DNA from: Rhodospirillales bacterium
Lineage (GTDB): Bacteria > Pseudomonadota > Alphaproteobacteria > Acetobacterales > Acetobacteraceae
Length of the DNA: 64,000 bases
Direction of reading: 5' to 3'
Assembly: GCA_028869595.1 (NCBI GenBank)
Contig: JAGWRU010000053.1
Coordinates: 3,674 to 67,673 of the forward strand
Each line of letters opens with the position of its first letter. Position 1 is the stretch's first letter. A model generated the notes under the pieces. That model saw only the letters and a list, made by a program, of their open reading frames with translations, ran no database searches and was not told the DNA's origin. The translations under genes were made by a program, and so were the position numbers. Shown here piece after piece: positions 20,654-29,934 of this stretch.

Positions 20654-21334
20654 TCAGGGCGATTCCGCCGATGCCGGCGGATCGTTGAACGAAACATCCT
20701 CGGCTGAAGTCGAGGCGGGCGGGTCGATCTTTTTCCGGCCGCGCGCGGCGCACAGCCCGTCCAGCCACTCCGCCGCCTGGCCGGCGCGGCGCAGGGCCTG
20801 ATCCAGCGCCGCCATCGTCGCCGACAAATCCTCGCTTTCGTCGCTGCGCCAGGCCCGCACCGTCCACAGCCAGACTGCCAGCAGACCGCGCATCCGCCAT
20901 TCGCCGGTCAGGCCGCGCGCCGAAACCCCAGCGCCTTCCAGCAGCCAGCGCATGCTGCGGCGTGTGGCCAGGCCCAGCAGCAACGCACTGGCCGGATCGG
21001 TGGGCAAACCGCGCAGCAGCGCCAGCATGCCGGGCCGATGGGCCTGCAGCACGTCGATGCGCCGCATCAGCATATCGAACAGACGTTCATGGATCGGCGC
21101 GGGATCGTCGGCGGGCGGCAGATCGGTCAGCGCCGCCTGATCCGCCAGCACGCCGAAGCGCATCAGGATCGCGCCCTTGTTGGGAAAGCGCGCGCGTGCG
21201 GCGGCAAGGTCGAGCCCGGCTGCCCGCGCCGCCGCCGCAACGCCGACACTGCGCCAGCCGCGCTCCGCCGCCAGGCTGAACGCGGCGGCGATCAGCGCGC
21301 GATCGAAATCCGCCGGATCATGGGCTGCGCTCAT
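20654..21334 (-). CDS. TetR-C/COQ9-like helical protein (function uncertain)
   Basis: 226 aa from MSAAHDPADFDRALIAAAFSLAAERGW. The overall pattern resembles TetR-like/COQ9-like all-helical proteins. Its start overlaps the proC stop (ATGA). Confidence 0.45.
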   Translation of the reverse strand: MSAAHDPADFDRALIAAAFSLAAERGWRSVGVAAAARAAGLDLAAARARFPNKGAILMRFGVLADQAALTDLPPADDPAPIHERLFDMLMRRIDVLQAHRPGMLALLRGLPTDPASALLLGLATRRSMRWLLEGAGVSARGLTGEWRMRGLLAVWLWTVRAWRSDESEDLSATMAALDQALRRAGQAAEWLDGLCAARGRKKIDPPASTSAEDVSFNDPPASAESP

Positions 21335-22152
21335 CCCGCCAATTCCTGGGAGCGCCGGGTCGCGGCGGCCACCGCGCGCTCCAACGTGGCCGGCCAGGCA
21401 TCCTCGGCCATCAGCACCGAAAGTGCCGCCTGGGTGGTGCCGCCCGGGCTGGTCACCGCCTTGCGCAGGCTCGCCGCATCCTCCGCGCTCGCGGCCAGCA
21501 GCGCGCCGGAGCCGGCCACGGTCTGCCGTGCCAAAGCGCGCGCCAGACCGGCCGGCAGACCCTGGCGTAATGCCGCCTGTTCCAGCAATTCCGCGAGCAG
21601 AAAAACATAGGCCGGGCCGCTGCCGGAAACCGCCGTCACCGGGTCGAGCAGGGCTTCCTCGGTCACCATTTCCACCGCGCCGATCGCCTCCAGCAGGCGC
21701 CGGCACAGCGCGGTTTCGGCCGCGGCCACGCCCGGGCCGGGGCAGAAGACGGTGATCCCCTGACGCACGGCGGCCGGCGTGTTGGGCATTGCCCGCACCA
21801 CCGCCGCGTTCGGGCCGAGCAAGGCGGCCATGCCCGCGATGGTGCGCCCGGCCATGATCGACAGGAACACTGCCCGCCCGGCGAACCGGGCATAGGCGGG
21901 CAACACGGCGGCGGCGTTCTGCGGCTTGACCGCCAGCACCACGGCGGCCGGGGCGAAATCGGCGTCGATCGCCGCCGCATCGGTCACGACGCGCAGATCC
22001 GGCCCGGCCAGCGCGGCAGCATTTGGGGCCGGGTCGACCAGCACCGAGGGCGCCAGCCCGCGCTCCCGCCAGCCGGCCAGCATGGCGCCGCCCATCTTGC
22101 CGCCGCCGACCAGCAGGATCGGCGGAATGGCCGGGTGATCGGTGGTGTTCAT
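21331..22152 (-). CDS. proC: pyrroline-5-carboxylate reductase
   Basis: 273 aa from MNTTDHP. NADP fold ILLVGGGKMGGAML, VRAMPNTPAAV, GSGPAYVFL and TSPGGTTQAAL. Confidence 0.92.
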   Translation of the reverse strand: MNTTDHPAIPPILLVGGGKMGGAMLAGWRERGLAPSVLVDPAPNAAALAGPDLRVVTDAAAIDADFAPAAVVLAVKPQNAAAVLPAYARFAGRAVFLSIMAGRTIAGMAALLGPNAAVVRAMPNTPAAVRQGITVFCPGPGVAAAETALCRRLLEAIGAVEMVTEEALLDPVTAVSGSGPAYVFLLAELLEQAALRQGLPAGLARALARQTVAGSGALLAASAEDAASLRKAVTSPGGTTQAALSVLMAEDAWPATLERAVAAATRRSQELAG

Positions 22153-22652
22153 GCCTCTCCGACGCATTCCAGCATGGCGGCGGCCAGCGCATCCGCCGGG
22201 GATTTCCCGCCCCAAAGCACGAACTGGAAGGCCGGAAAGAAGCGCTCGCATTCCGTGATCGCGATATCGACCATGTCTTCCAGGCTCTCGCTGGAGGCAC
22301 CGGGCGCGCCGCGCAGCAGCACGGCATGGCGGAATAGCGGCATGCCATCGTCGGCATCCATGCCGAAATGGCCGATCCATAGCCGTTCATTGGCCAAAGC
22401 GAGCAGCTCGTACAGCGCCGAACGTCGCTTTTCCGGCACTTTCAGGTCGAAGGTGCAGGTGAAATGCATCGCGCTGATTTCGTGCGACCAGGAGAAATAC
22501 AACCCGTAATCGCACCATTTGCCCGGCGCCTCGGCGGCCATCTCGGAATCGCTGCGCCGGTCGAAGACCCAGTCATTGGCCGTCGCGATCTGTTCCATCA
22601 GATCGAGCGGATTGATGGCGGCGTCCTGGCTGATGCTGGAAAGGGCGGTCAT
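22149..22652 (-). CDS. YbjN domain-containing protein
   Basis: 167 aa, acidic, with a YbjN-like pattern (WVFDR..., LYFSWS..., LWIGHFGMD...). Occupies the usual alphaproteobacterial position immediately upstream of, and overlapping, proC. Confidence 0.7.
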   Translation of the reverse strand: MTALSSISQDAAINPLDLMEQIATANDWVFDRRSDSEMAAEAPGKWCDYGLYFSWSHEISAMHFTCTFDLKVPEKRRSALYELLALANERLWIGHFGMDADDGMPLFRHAVLLRGAPGASSESLEDMVDIAITECERFFPAFQFVLWGGKSPADALAAAMLECVGEA

Positions 22653-22827
22653 GCTGGGTCTCCCGATTGGAGGAAGGCCGGGCGGGCGGCAACGGCAATG
22701 CCGCCCGGGTGAGGGCAGCCTTCCGGGCAGAGCCGGCAGAGGGGCCGGCCAGGCCGGAACGCCACCGGAGTGAGCCTAACGATCCGGCGCGCCGCGCCGC
22801 AAGGCCCGGCAGAGCCCGGACCTTATG

Positions 22828-23136
22828 TTATTTTTCGCACTGCGGCGAAGCCGGCGCGACGGCTGCGGCGGCATCCAGCCTGGCTTCCAGCGCGGCCAGG
22901 CGCGCCAAGGCCTGATCCAGCCTTGCTTCCGCCGCTTCCTGGCCGGCACGGGCATTGGCGGCCATTTCGGCCAAAGCCTCGATTTCCTCGCGCTTGACCA
23001 GATCGAGGCGGCGGATCGCCTCGTCCAGCCTGGCGCGGACCATCGCCTCCATCTCCTCGCGCAGGCCCATCAGGGCCGAGACGGCGCCGCCGGCCATCCC
23101 GGCCAGGTCGTCGATGAAGCGCGGACGTTCCGTCAT
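22828..23136 (-). CDS. ubiK: accessory factor UbiK (YqiC/BMFP) family coiled-coil protein
   Basis: 102 aa. RPRFIDDLAGMAGGAVSALMGLREE..., then a leucine-zipper-like coiled coil with VKREEIEAL. Confidence 0.7.
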   Translation of the reverse strand: MTERPRFIDDLAGMAGGAVSALMGLREEMEAMVRARLDEAIRRLDLVKREEIEALAEMAANARAGQEAAEARLDQALARLAALEARLDAAAAVAPASPQCEK

Positions 23137-23205
23137 GCATTCAATCCTTTCGGCGAAGAAGCAGCGCCTTCCGTCCGGCGCATGCCATCCCTATAACCTG
23201 CCCGT

Positions 23206-24186
23206 ATGATTATGGTCACGGGTGGCGCCGGTTTCATCGGGTCTTTTCTGCATGCCGCGCTGGCCGCGCGCGGGGTAGAGACGGTTGTCGTCGACTGGCT
23301 GGGCACCGAGGAGAAGTGGCGCAACCTCGCCAAGCACCCGCCCGCCCGCATCGTCACGCCGGAGACGCTGGACGATTTCCTGGCCACCCGCCCGCCGCTG
23401 GAATGCGTGATCCATCTGGGCGCGATCAGCGCCACCACCGCGCGCGACGCCGATCTGACCTGGCACACCAATGTGACGCTCAGCCTGCGCCTGTGGGAAT
23501 GGTGCGCCGCGCACGGGGTCCGCTTCCTCTATGCCTCCTCGGCGGCGACTTATGGCGATGGCGAGGCCGGGTTCGAGGATGATGGCGCGCTTGCCGCCCT
23601 GCAGCGCCTGCGTCCGCGCAATCTGTACGGCTGGACCAAGCATGCCTTCGATCTGCGCGTCGCCGCGCTGCTGGCCGCCGGTGCGCGCCGGCCGCCGCAA
23701 TGGGCGGGGCTGAAATTCTTCAACGTCTATGGGCCGAATGAATACCACAAGGGATCGATGATCTCGGTGGTGAAGGTGAAATATGACGAGCTGGCGGCGG
23801 GCAACCCGGCCCGGCTGTTCCGCTCCGATCGTCCCGGCCTTGCCGATGGGGCGCAGGCGCGCGACTTCATCTGGGTGGGCGATGTCGCGGATGTGATCCT
23901 CTGGCTGCTCGATACGCCGCAGGCGAACGGCCTGTTCAATGTCGGCACGGGTCAGGCGCGCAGCTACCTCGATCTGGCGCATGCGGTCTGCGATGCGATG
24001 GGCCGGCCGCGCGCGGTTTCGTTCATCGACATGCCCGCCGCGCTGCGCGGCCAGTATCAATCCTTCACCCAGGCCAGCACGGCGCGGCTGCGCGCGGCGG
24101 GCTATGGCGGCCAGTTCACCCCGCTGGAAGACGGCATCCGGCGTTATGTCCAGGATTTCCTCATGCAATCCGATCCCTACCGATGA
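23206..24186 (+). CDS. hldD: ADP-glyceromanno-heptose 6-epimerase
   Basis: 326 aa. Rossmann fold MIMVTGGAGFIGS, ASSAATYG, NLYGWTKHAFD (YxxxK), FFNVYGPNEYHKG. Confidence 0.85.
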   Translation: MIMVTGGAGFIGSFLHAALAARGVETVVVDWLGTEEKWRNLAKHPPARIVTPETLDDFLATRPPLECVIHLGAISATTARDADLTWHTNVTLSLRLWEWCAAHGVRFLYASSAATYGDGEAGFEDDGALAALQRLRPRNLYGWTKHAFDLRVAALLAAGARRPPQWAGLKFFNVYGPNEYHKGSMISVVKVKYDELAAGNPARLFRSDRPGLADGAQARDFIWVGDVADVILWLLDTPQANGLFNVGTGQARSYLDLAHAVCDAMGRPRAVSFIDMPAALRGQYQSFTQASTARLRAAGYGGQFTPLEDGIRRYVQDFLMQSDPYR

Positions 24187-24989
24187 TGTCCGTTCTGTAC
24201 TACCCGCATATCAATCCGGTGATGGTGCAGTTCGGCCCCATCACCATCCGCTGGTACGCCATGGCCTATATCACCGGGCTGGTGCTCGGATGGCGGCTGG
24301 CGCGCCGGCTGGTGCAGCAGAGCCCGGTGGTGGCAACCCCCCTGCAGGTGGATGATTTCCTGTCCTGGGCGACGCTGGGCGTGGTGCTGGGCGGGCGGGC
24401 CGGCTACGTGCTGTTCTATCAGCCGGAGCTTTATTTCGCCCATCCGCTGCAGATTTTCGAAGTCTGGCATGGCGGCATGAGCTTCCATGGCGGCGCGATC
24501 GGGGTTGCCATCGCGATCACCTGGTTCTGTCGGCGGGAAAAGATCGCGCTGCTTCCCTTCGCCGACCGTGTCGCGGTGTGCGTGCCGATCGGCCTTGGCC
24601 TGGGGCGCATCGCCAATTTCATCAATGGCGAGCTTTGGGGACGTCCGGCGCCGTCCTGGTGGCCCTGGGCGATGATCTTTCCCAGCGCCGGGCCGATCCC
24701 GCGCTTTCCCAGCGAGATCTATCAGGCGATTCTGGAAGGGCTGATCCTGTTCACGGTGATGTACTCGCTGTCGCACAGCGACCGGCTGCGGGCCAGTCCC
24801 GGCTTCCTGACGGGCGCCTTTCTGTTCGGGTACGGCGTGGCGCGCATCATCGGCGAATGTTTCCGCGAGCCCGATCCGTTCCTGGGATTTCTCTGGGGCG
24901 GGCTGACCATGGGCCAGATCCTCAGCATTCCGATGCTGTTTCTGGGCGGCTGGATGATGTGGCGCAGCCGGCGCCTGCGCACGGCATGA
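24183..24989 (+). CDS. lgt: prolipoprotein diacylglyceryl transferase
   Basis: 268 aa. IRWYAMAYITG, WHGGMSFHGGAIG, GRIANFINGELWGRP. Overlaps the hldD stop (ATGA). Confidence 0.93.
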   Translation: MMSVLYYPHINPVMVQFGPITIRWYAMAYITGLVLGWRLARRLVQQSPVVATPLQVDDFLSWATLGVVLGGRAGYVLFYQPELYFAHPLQIFEVWHGGMSFHGGAIGVAIAITWFCRREKIALLPFADRVAVCVPIGLGLGRIANFINGELWGRPAPSWWPWAMIFPSAGPIPRFPSEIYQAILEGLILFTVMYSLSHSDRLRASPGFLTGAFLFGYGVARIIGECFREPDPFLGFLWGGLTMGQILSIPMLFLGGWMMWRSRRLRTA

Positions 24990-25978
24990 GGGGGGCGGAA
25001 CGGCTCGACGCCTTCATGGCGCGGGCCAATGCCGCCTATTATGCCAGCCATGATCCGTTCGCCGATTTCACCACCGCACCCGAGATCAGTCAGGTCTTCG
25101 GCGAGCTGCTGGGCCTGTGGGCCGGCATAGCCTGGCAGGGGATGGGCGCGCCGGCACGTTTCCTGCTGGCCGAGGCCGGGCCGGGGCGCGGCAGCCTGAT
25201 GGCCGATGCCCTGCGCGCGCTGGCCCAGGCATTGCCCGCGTGCCGCGCGGCGGCGGCGGTGGCGCTGATCGAAACCTCCCCGCGCCTGCGCGCTGCACAG
25301 GCGGCGCGCGTGCCCGAGGCCGTCTGGTACGACGATCTTGCCGCCCTGCCGGACGGGCCTTGCGTGCTGCTGGCCAATGAATTTCTCGACGCGCTGCCGA
25401 TCCGCCAGTTCCGTCGCCAGGGAACCGGCTGGCAGGAGCATTTCGTGCAGGATGGCGGTTTCCTGACGCGCCCTGCCCCGGCACCCGATCACCCGGCCGC
25501 GGCGGATGCCGCCGATGGCGCGATCATCGAAATCGGCGCGGCGGCGCAGGATTTCGTGCGCGCCCTGGCGCAGCGCCTGTGCCGGCAGGGCGGTGCGGCG
25601 CTGCTGATCGATTACGGCCCCGAAATCAGCGCTGCCGGCGACAGCCTGCAAGCGCTGCGCGAGGGCGCGCCGGCCGATCCGCTGGCCGATCCCGGCCGCG
25701 CCGATCTGACCGCGCATGTCGATTTCGCCGCCCTTGCCCGGGTGGCGCGGGCCGCCGGGGCGGCGGTGTTCGGGCCGGTGCCGCAGGGAAAATTCCTCGC
25801 CGCGCTGGGGCTGTTTCAGCGCACCGACCGCCTTGCCCGCACCCAGCCGCCGGGCCGGGCGATGGCATTGCTCGATGCCGCGCGCCGCCTTGCCGAGCCC
25901 GACCGCATGGGCCGGCTTTTCAAGGTGCTGGCAGTTTGCCACCCTGCCCTGCCGCCATTGCCGGGATTCGAACCCTGA
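24986..25978 (+). CDS. class I SAM-dependent methyltransferase, NDUFAF7/MidA (DUF185) family
   Basis: 330 aa from MRGAERLDAFM. DFTTAPEISQVFGELLG, EAGPGRGSLMAD, ANEFLDALPIRQF. Overlaps the lgt stop (ATGA). Confidence 0.8.
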   Translation: MRGAERLDAFMARANAAYYASHDPFADFTTAPEISQVFGELLGLWAGIAWQGMGAPARFLLAEAGPGRGSLMADALRALAQALPACRAAAAVALIETSPRLRAAQAARVPEAVWYDDLAALPDGPCVLLANEFLDALPIRQFRRQGTGWQEHFVQDGGFLTRPAPAPDHPAAADAADGAIIEIGAAAQDFVRALAQRLCRQGGAALLIDYGPEISAAGDSLQALREGAPADPLADPGRADLTAHVDFAALARVARAAGAAVFGPVPQGKFLAALGLFQRTDRLARTQPPGRAMALLDAARRLAEPDRMGRLFKVLAVCHPALPPLPGFEP

Positions 25979-25989
25979 CCCAACCCCCC

Positions 25990-26754
25990 TTGCCGCATCC
26001 GCTTCGCGCCGCCGCGCTTGCCGTTCCGCATGGTTTCTTCACGCGGGAGGGCGGTGTTTCCACCGGCCCCTTTGCCAGCCTGAATTGCAGTCTTTCCAGC
26101 CAGGACCGGCGGGAGAATGTGCTGGAAAATCGCGCCCGCGTCGCCCGCTGCCTGGGCGGGGCGCCGGATGCGCTGCTGGGCCTGCATCAGGTCCATGGCA
26201 TCGCGGTGGCGCGGGTTCGCCAAGGTTGGGCGACCGGCGAAGGCCCGCAAGCCGATGCGATGGTGACGGCGCAGCCGGGCTTCGTGCTGGGCATCGTCAC
26301 TGCCGATTGCGCCCCGGTGCTGTTCGCCGATGCCGCGGCCGGCATCGTCGGCGCCGCCCATGCCGGCTGGCGCGGCGCGGTTGCCGGGGTGCTGGAAGCG
26401 ACGATTGCCGCGATGTGCGATCTGGGCGCGACGCGCACGCGTATCGCGGCGGCGGTGGGGCCGTGCATCGCCCAGCCCTCCTATGAGGTGGGCGCCGATC
26501 TGCGCGACGCGGTGCTGGCCCATGATGCCGGTGATGATCGGTTTTTCGCATCGGGCCAGCGGGCCGGGCATTGGCAGTTCGACCTGCCCGGCTATTGCGC
26601 CGCCCGGCTGCGCGGCGCGGCGATCGCCCAGGTGGAAGTGCTGGGGGCGGACACCCTGGCCGAGGAGGCGCGGTTTTTCAGCCATCGCCGTCGCACCCTG
26701 GCCGGTGGCGGACCGATCGGTCATCAGATGTCGGCCATCGCGGTGGCGGCGTGA
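25990..26754 (+). CDS. pgeF: peptidoglycan editing factor PgeF (YfiH/DUF152 family); start uncertain (TTG 25990 or CTG 25975)
   Basis: HGFFTREGGVS, LHQVHG, IVTADCAPVLF, AHAGWRG, FFSHRR. The long upstream part of track ORF 25579..26754 overlaps the preceding gene out of frame. Confidence 0.85.
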   Translation: MPHPLRAAALAVPHGFFTREGGVSTGPFASLNCSLSSQDRRENVLENRARVARCLGGAPDALLGLHQVHGIAVARVRQGWATGEGPQADAMVTAQPGFVLGIVTADCAPVLFADAAAGIVGAAHAGWRGAVAGVLEATIAAMCDLGATRTRIAAAVGPCIAQPSYEVGADLRDAVLAHDAGDDRFFASGQRAGHWQFDLPGYCAARLRGAAIAQVEVLGADTLAEEARFFSHRRRTLAGGGPIGHQMSAIAVAA

Positions 26755-27659
26755 TGCGGTGGTTGCGCTTCCTTCTGCTTTGCCTGCCGCTTTGCGCACT
26801 GGCCGCCTGCGGCGATCTGCCGGAGCCGTTTCTCGGCAATCCCGGCGGCGCGGCAATGGTGCTGCGCCACCCGCCGGCGCCGCGTCTTTCGGTGCTGCCG
26901 CCCGGCCAGGCGCTGCTGTCGGATCAGGCGGCGCATTCCTTCGCCGATGCGATGGCCGCGGCGTTGCAGGGTCAGGGCGTGCCGGCCTACGAACAGAAGC
27001 CGGCGCCCAGCGACTGGCGGCTGGCGATCACCGCCAGTCTTCGTGGCGATGCGGTGGTGCCGCATTACCAGCTGCTGGACGGTAAAGGCACCAGCCATGG
27101 CGCGGTCGAGGGCCCGCCCGTGCCAGAGGCGGCGTGGTTGGCCTCGGCGCCCACGACGCTGGCCACTGTCGCCCTGGCCGGCGCGCCGAAGATCGCCGAT
27201 CTGCTGAATTCGATCGAGACCGGCTTCATGAAGGCCGATCCCAACAGCCTGTACAATCGCGCCGCCCGCGTCGACGTGCCGACGGTGATCGGCGCGCCGG
27301 GCGACGGCGATGCGGCGCTGACCCGGGCGATGCGCATCCAGCTGGCCGGGCTGGGGCCGAAAGTGCAGGACAATGCCAAAGGGGCGGATTTCATCGTCCA
27401 GGGCCAGGTGCGGATGGTACCGATTGCCGGCGGCCAGCAGCGCGTGGAAATCCAGTGGATCGTCAGCGCCCCCGGCACCGGGCCGGACAAGGGCGAGCGC
27501 GGGCGGGTAGTGCAGCTGAACGACGTGGCTGCCGGCTCGCTCGATCATGCCTGGGGCGGCACGGCGGATGCGGTGGCGGTGGAAGCCTCGAAGGGGGTGA
27601 ACCAGGTGATCCTGCGCCAGTCGCGCAAGTTGCCGGCCAGTCCGAAGGCCGGGACCTGA
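26754..27659 (+). CDS. hypothetical lipoprotein
   Basis: 301 aa from MRWLRFLLLCLPLCALAACG (lipobox LAAC). Its start overlaps the pgeF stop by 1 nt (TGATG). I recognise no family. Confidence 0.6.
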   Translation: MRWLRFLLLCLPLCALAACGDLPEPFLGNPGGAAMVLRHPPAPRLSVLPPGQALLSDQAAHSFADAMAAALQGQGVPAYEQKPAPSDWRLAITASLRGDAVVPHYQLLDGKGTSHGAVEGPPVPEAAWLASAPTTLATVALAGAPKIADLLNSIETGFMKADPNSLYNRAARVDVPTVIGAPGDGDAALTRAMRIQLAGLGPKVQDNAKGADFIVQGQVRMVPIAGGQQRVEIQWIVSAPGTGPDKGERGRVVQLNDVAAGSLDHAWGGTADAVAVEASKGVNQVILRQSRKLPASPKAGT

Positions 27660-27770
27660 CGCAAAAATGACGGTTCATGGACTCCGCCCCGCCCGGTTGC
27701 TAGAAGCCCCAGCAGAATGCGGCCCCGGATCGGGCCGCCCCCGCCCGAGTGTCCCAGGGACAAGCGCCGC

Positions 27771-28703
27771 ATGAAAATCGTCGCCTGCAACAGCAATCGC
27801 CCCCTGGCCGAAGCGGTCGCTGCCGCGCTCAATCTGCCGCTCACCCGCGCCTCGGTCCGCCGCTTCGCGGATATGGAGGTGTTCGTCGAAATCCACGAAA
27901 ACGTCCGCGGCGAGGATGTGTTCGTGATCCAATCCACCTCGTACCCCGCCAATGACAATCTGATGGAGCTGCTGATCACGCTGGACGCGTTGCGGCGCAG
28001 CTCGGCGCGGCGCATCACGGCGGTGATCCCCTATTTCGGCTATGCGCGGCAGGATCGGAAATCCGGCTCCCGCACGCCGATCAGCGCCAAGCTGGTGGCC
28101 AATCTGATCACCGAAGCCGGCGCCCAGCGGGTTCTGACCATGGACCTGCATGCCGGCCAGATTCAGGGCTTCTTCGATATTCCGGTCGATAATCTCTATG
28201 CCGCACCGCTGTACAGCAACGACATCAAGGAGCGTTTCGCCGGGCGCGACATCATGATCGTCTCCCCCGATGTCGGCGGCGTGCTGCGGGCGCGGCTGAT
28301 CGCCACCCGGCTGAACTGCGATCTGGCGATCATCGACAAGCGCCGCGAACGGGCCGGCGTGTCGGAAGTGATGAACGTGATCGGCGAGGTGGAGGGGCGC
28401 GATTGCATCCTGGTCGACGATATCGTCGATAGCGGCGGCACGCTGTGCAACGCGGCAGAGGCGCTGATCAAGGCCGGCGCCCGCTCCGCCAGCGTCTATA
28501 CCACCCATGGCGTGCTGTCGGGCGGGGCGGTCGCACGCATCGCCTCCTCCCCCATCGAGATGATGACGATTACCGACAGTATCCTGGCGACCGAGGCGGT
28601 GCGGCTGGCGCAGAATGTCCGCCAGGTCACCATCGCCCCGCTGCTGGCCGAGGCGATGCGCCGGATCAACGACGAAAGCTCCGTCAGCTCGCTGTTCGAT
28701 TGA
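27771..28703 (+). CDS. prs: ribose-phosphate pyrophosphokinase
   Basis: 310 aa from [38 protein letters not shown], and the PRPP loop [13 protein letters not shown]. Confidence 0.96.
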   Translation: MKIVACNSNRPLAEAVAAALNLPLTRASVRRFADMEVFVEIHENVRGEDVFVIQSTSYPANDNLMELLITLDALRRSSARRITAVIPYFGYARQDRKSGSRTPISAKLVANLITEAGAQRVLTMDLHAGQIQGFFDIPVDNLYAAPLYSNDIKERFAGRDIMIVSPDVGGVLRARLIATRLNCDLAIIDKRRERAGVSEVMNVIGEVEGRDCILVDDIVDSGGTLCNAAEALIKAGARSASVYTTHGVLSGGAVARIASSPIEMMTITDSILATEAVRLAQNVRQVTIAPLLAEAMRRINDESSVSSLFD

Positions 28704-28729
28704 TCTTCGTTCCAGAGGGAGACACGGTC

Positions 28730-29347
28730 ATGAAGCTCTATATGGCACCCGGCGCCTGCTCGCTCGGGATCCACATCCTGCTGGAAGAGATCGGCAAACC
28801 ATACGAGACGGCGCCGGTAAATTTGCGGGAGGGCGCGCAGTACCAGCCCGCCTACACCGCGATCAACCCCAAATCCAAAGTGCCGACGCTGGTGCGTGAC
28901 GACGGCTCGATCGTGACCGAATACCCGGCGATCGCCTTCTATCTCGCCCGCACCAATCCGGAGGCGAAGCTGCTGGGCAGCAGCGTGGAGGAGGAGGTGC
29001 GCGCGCTGGAAGCGATGGATTACGCGGTCGCCACCATCCACATGCAGGGTTTCGCGCGGATGTTCCGCTCCTCCAACTTCACCCCTAACCCGGCGGATGA
29101 GGATGCGGTGAAGGCGCGTGGGCGCGAATTGGCCGAAAAAGGCTTTGCCCGAATGGAAGCGGCCCTGGCCGGACGAGACTATCTGGCCGGCGCCTTCTCG
29201 GTGGCCGATACGGCGCTGTTCTATGTCTCGTTCTGGGCGACCGCGCGGGTCGGTATGACGCTGCCGGAGCGCTGCGCGGCGCATTACCAGCGTATGCTGG
29301 CCCGCCCCGCAGTCGCACGGGCAATGGCGCAGGAAGGTCTGGCCTGA
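28730..29347 (+). CDS. glutathione S-transferase family protein
   Basis: 205 aa from MKLYMAPGACSLGIHILLEE. NPKSKVPTL and the overall N-/C-domain GST pattern. Confidence 0.85.
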   Translation: MKLYMAPGACSLGIHILLEEIGKPYETAPVNLREGAQYQPAYTAINPKSKVPTLVRDDGSIVTEYPAIAFYLARTNPEAKLLGSSVEEEVRALEAMDYAVATIHMQGFARMFRSSNFTPNPADEDAVKARGRELAEKGFARMEAALAGRDYLAGAFSVADTALFYVSFWATARVGMTLPERCAAHYQRMLARPAVARAMAQEGLA

Positions 29348-29352
29348 CCCGC

Positions 29353-29934
29353 ATGTCCGATCCTGCCGCCGGGCTGGCGCCGATCCCGTTCTGGTATCTC
29401 CGCCATGGGGAGACCGATTGGAACGCGCAGGGCCTGTCGCAGGGGAATGTGGACATCCCGCTCAATCCCACGGGCGTCGCCCAGGCACATGTCGCGGCAG
29501 GGCTGCTGCGTCATCGCGGCATCGGCTCCATCGTCGTCTCGCCCTTGTCGCGGGCGCGCGACACGGCGGCCCTGGCGGCGGTGGCGCTGGGACTTTCCGT
29601 GACGGTGCAGGACGATCTGCGCGAGGTTTCCTTCGGCGTGCAGGAAGGCAAGCCGATGTCGGCCTGGTTCGATGATTGGGTCGCCGGGCGCTATACGCCC
29701 GAGGGCGCGGAGAGTTTCGTGCAACTGACCGCGCGCACCGTCGCTGCCGTGAACCAGGCGCTGACTCATACGCCGGCGGTGCTGATCGTCGCGCATGGCG
29801 CGGTGTTCCGCGCGCTGCGCGGGGCGATGGGGCTGCCGCCGAACGAGCGTACCCGCAATGCCTGGCCGATCCTGTGCCAGCCGCCGGCGCCGGGCAGCGC
29901 GGCCTGGACCCTGCATCCGGTGCCGGAAGCTTAA
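29353..29934 (+). CDS. histidine phosphatase (phosphoglycerate mutase-like) family protein
   Basis: 193 aa. Catalytic RHGETDWN, SPLSRARDTA, and a VAHGAVFRAL-type second His. Confidence 0.8.
   Translation: MSDPAAGLAPIPFWYLRHGETDWNAQGLSQGNVDIPLNPTGVAQAHVAAGLLRHRGIGSIVVSPLSRARDTAALAAVALGLSVTVQDDLREVSFGVQEGKPMSAWFDDWVAGRYTPEGAESFVQLTARTVAAVNQALTHTPAVLIVAHGAVFRALRGAMGLPPNERTRNAWPILCQPPAPGSAAWTLHPVPEA

Noticed and set aside
22683-22707. A perfect 9-bp hairpin CGGGCGGCA-ACGGCAA-TGCCGCCCG between ubiK and the ybjN-proC operon.
   Set aside because: It has no U-tract on either strand. GC-rich hairpins of this size are expected by chance in intergenic DNA of this composition. It may be a weak ubiK terminator but cannot be supported further.
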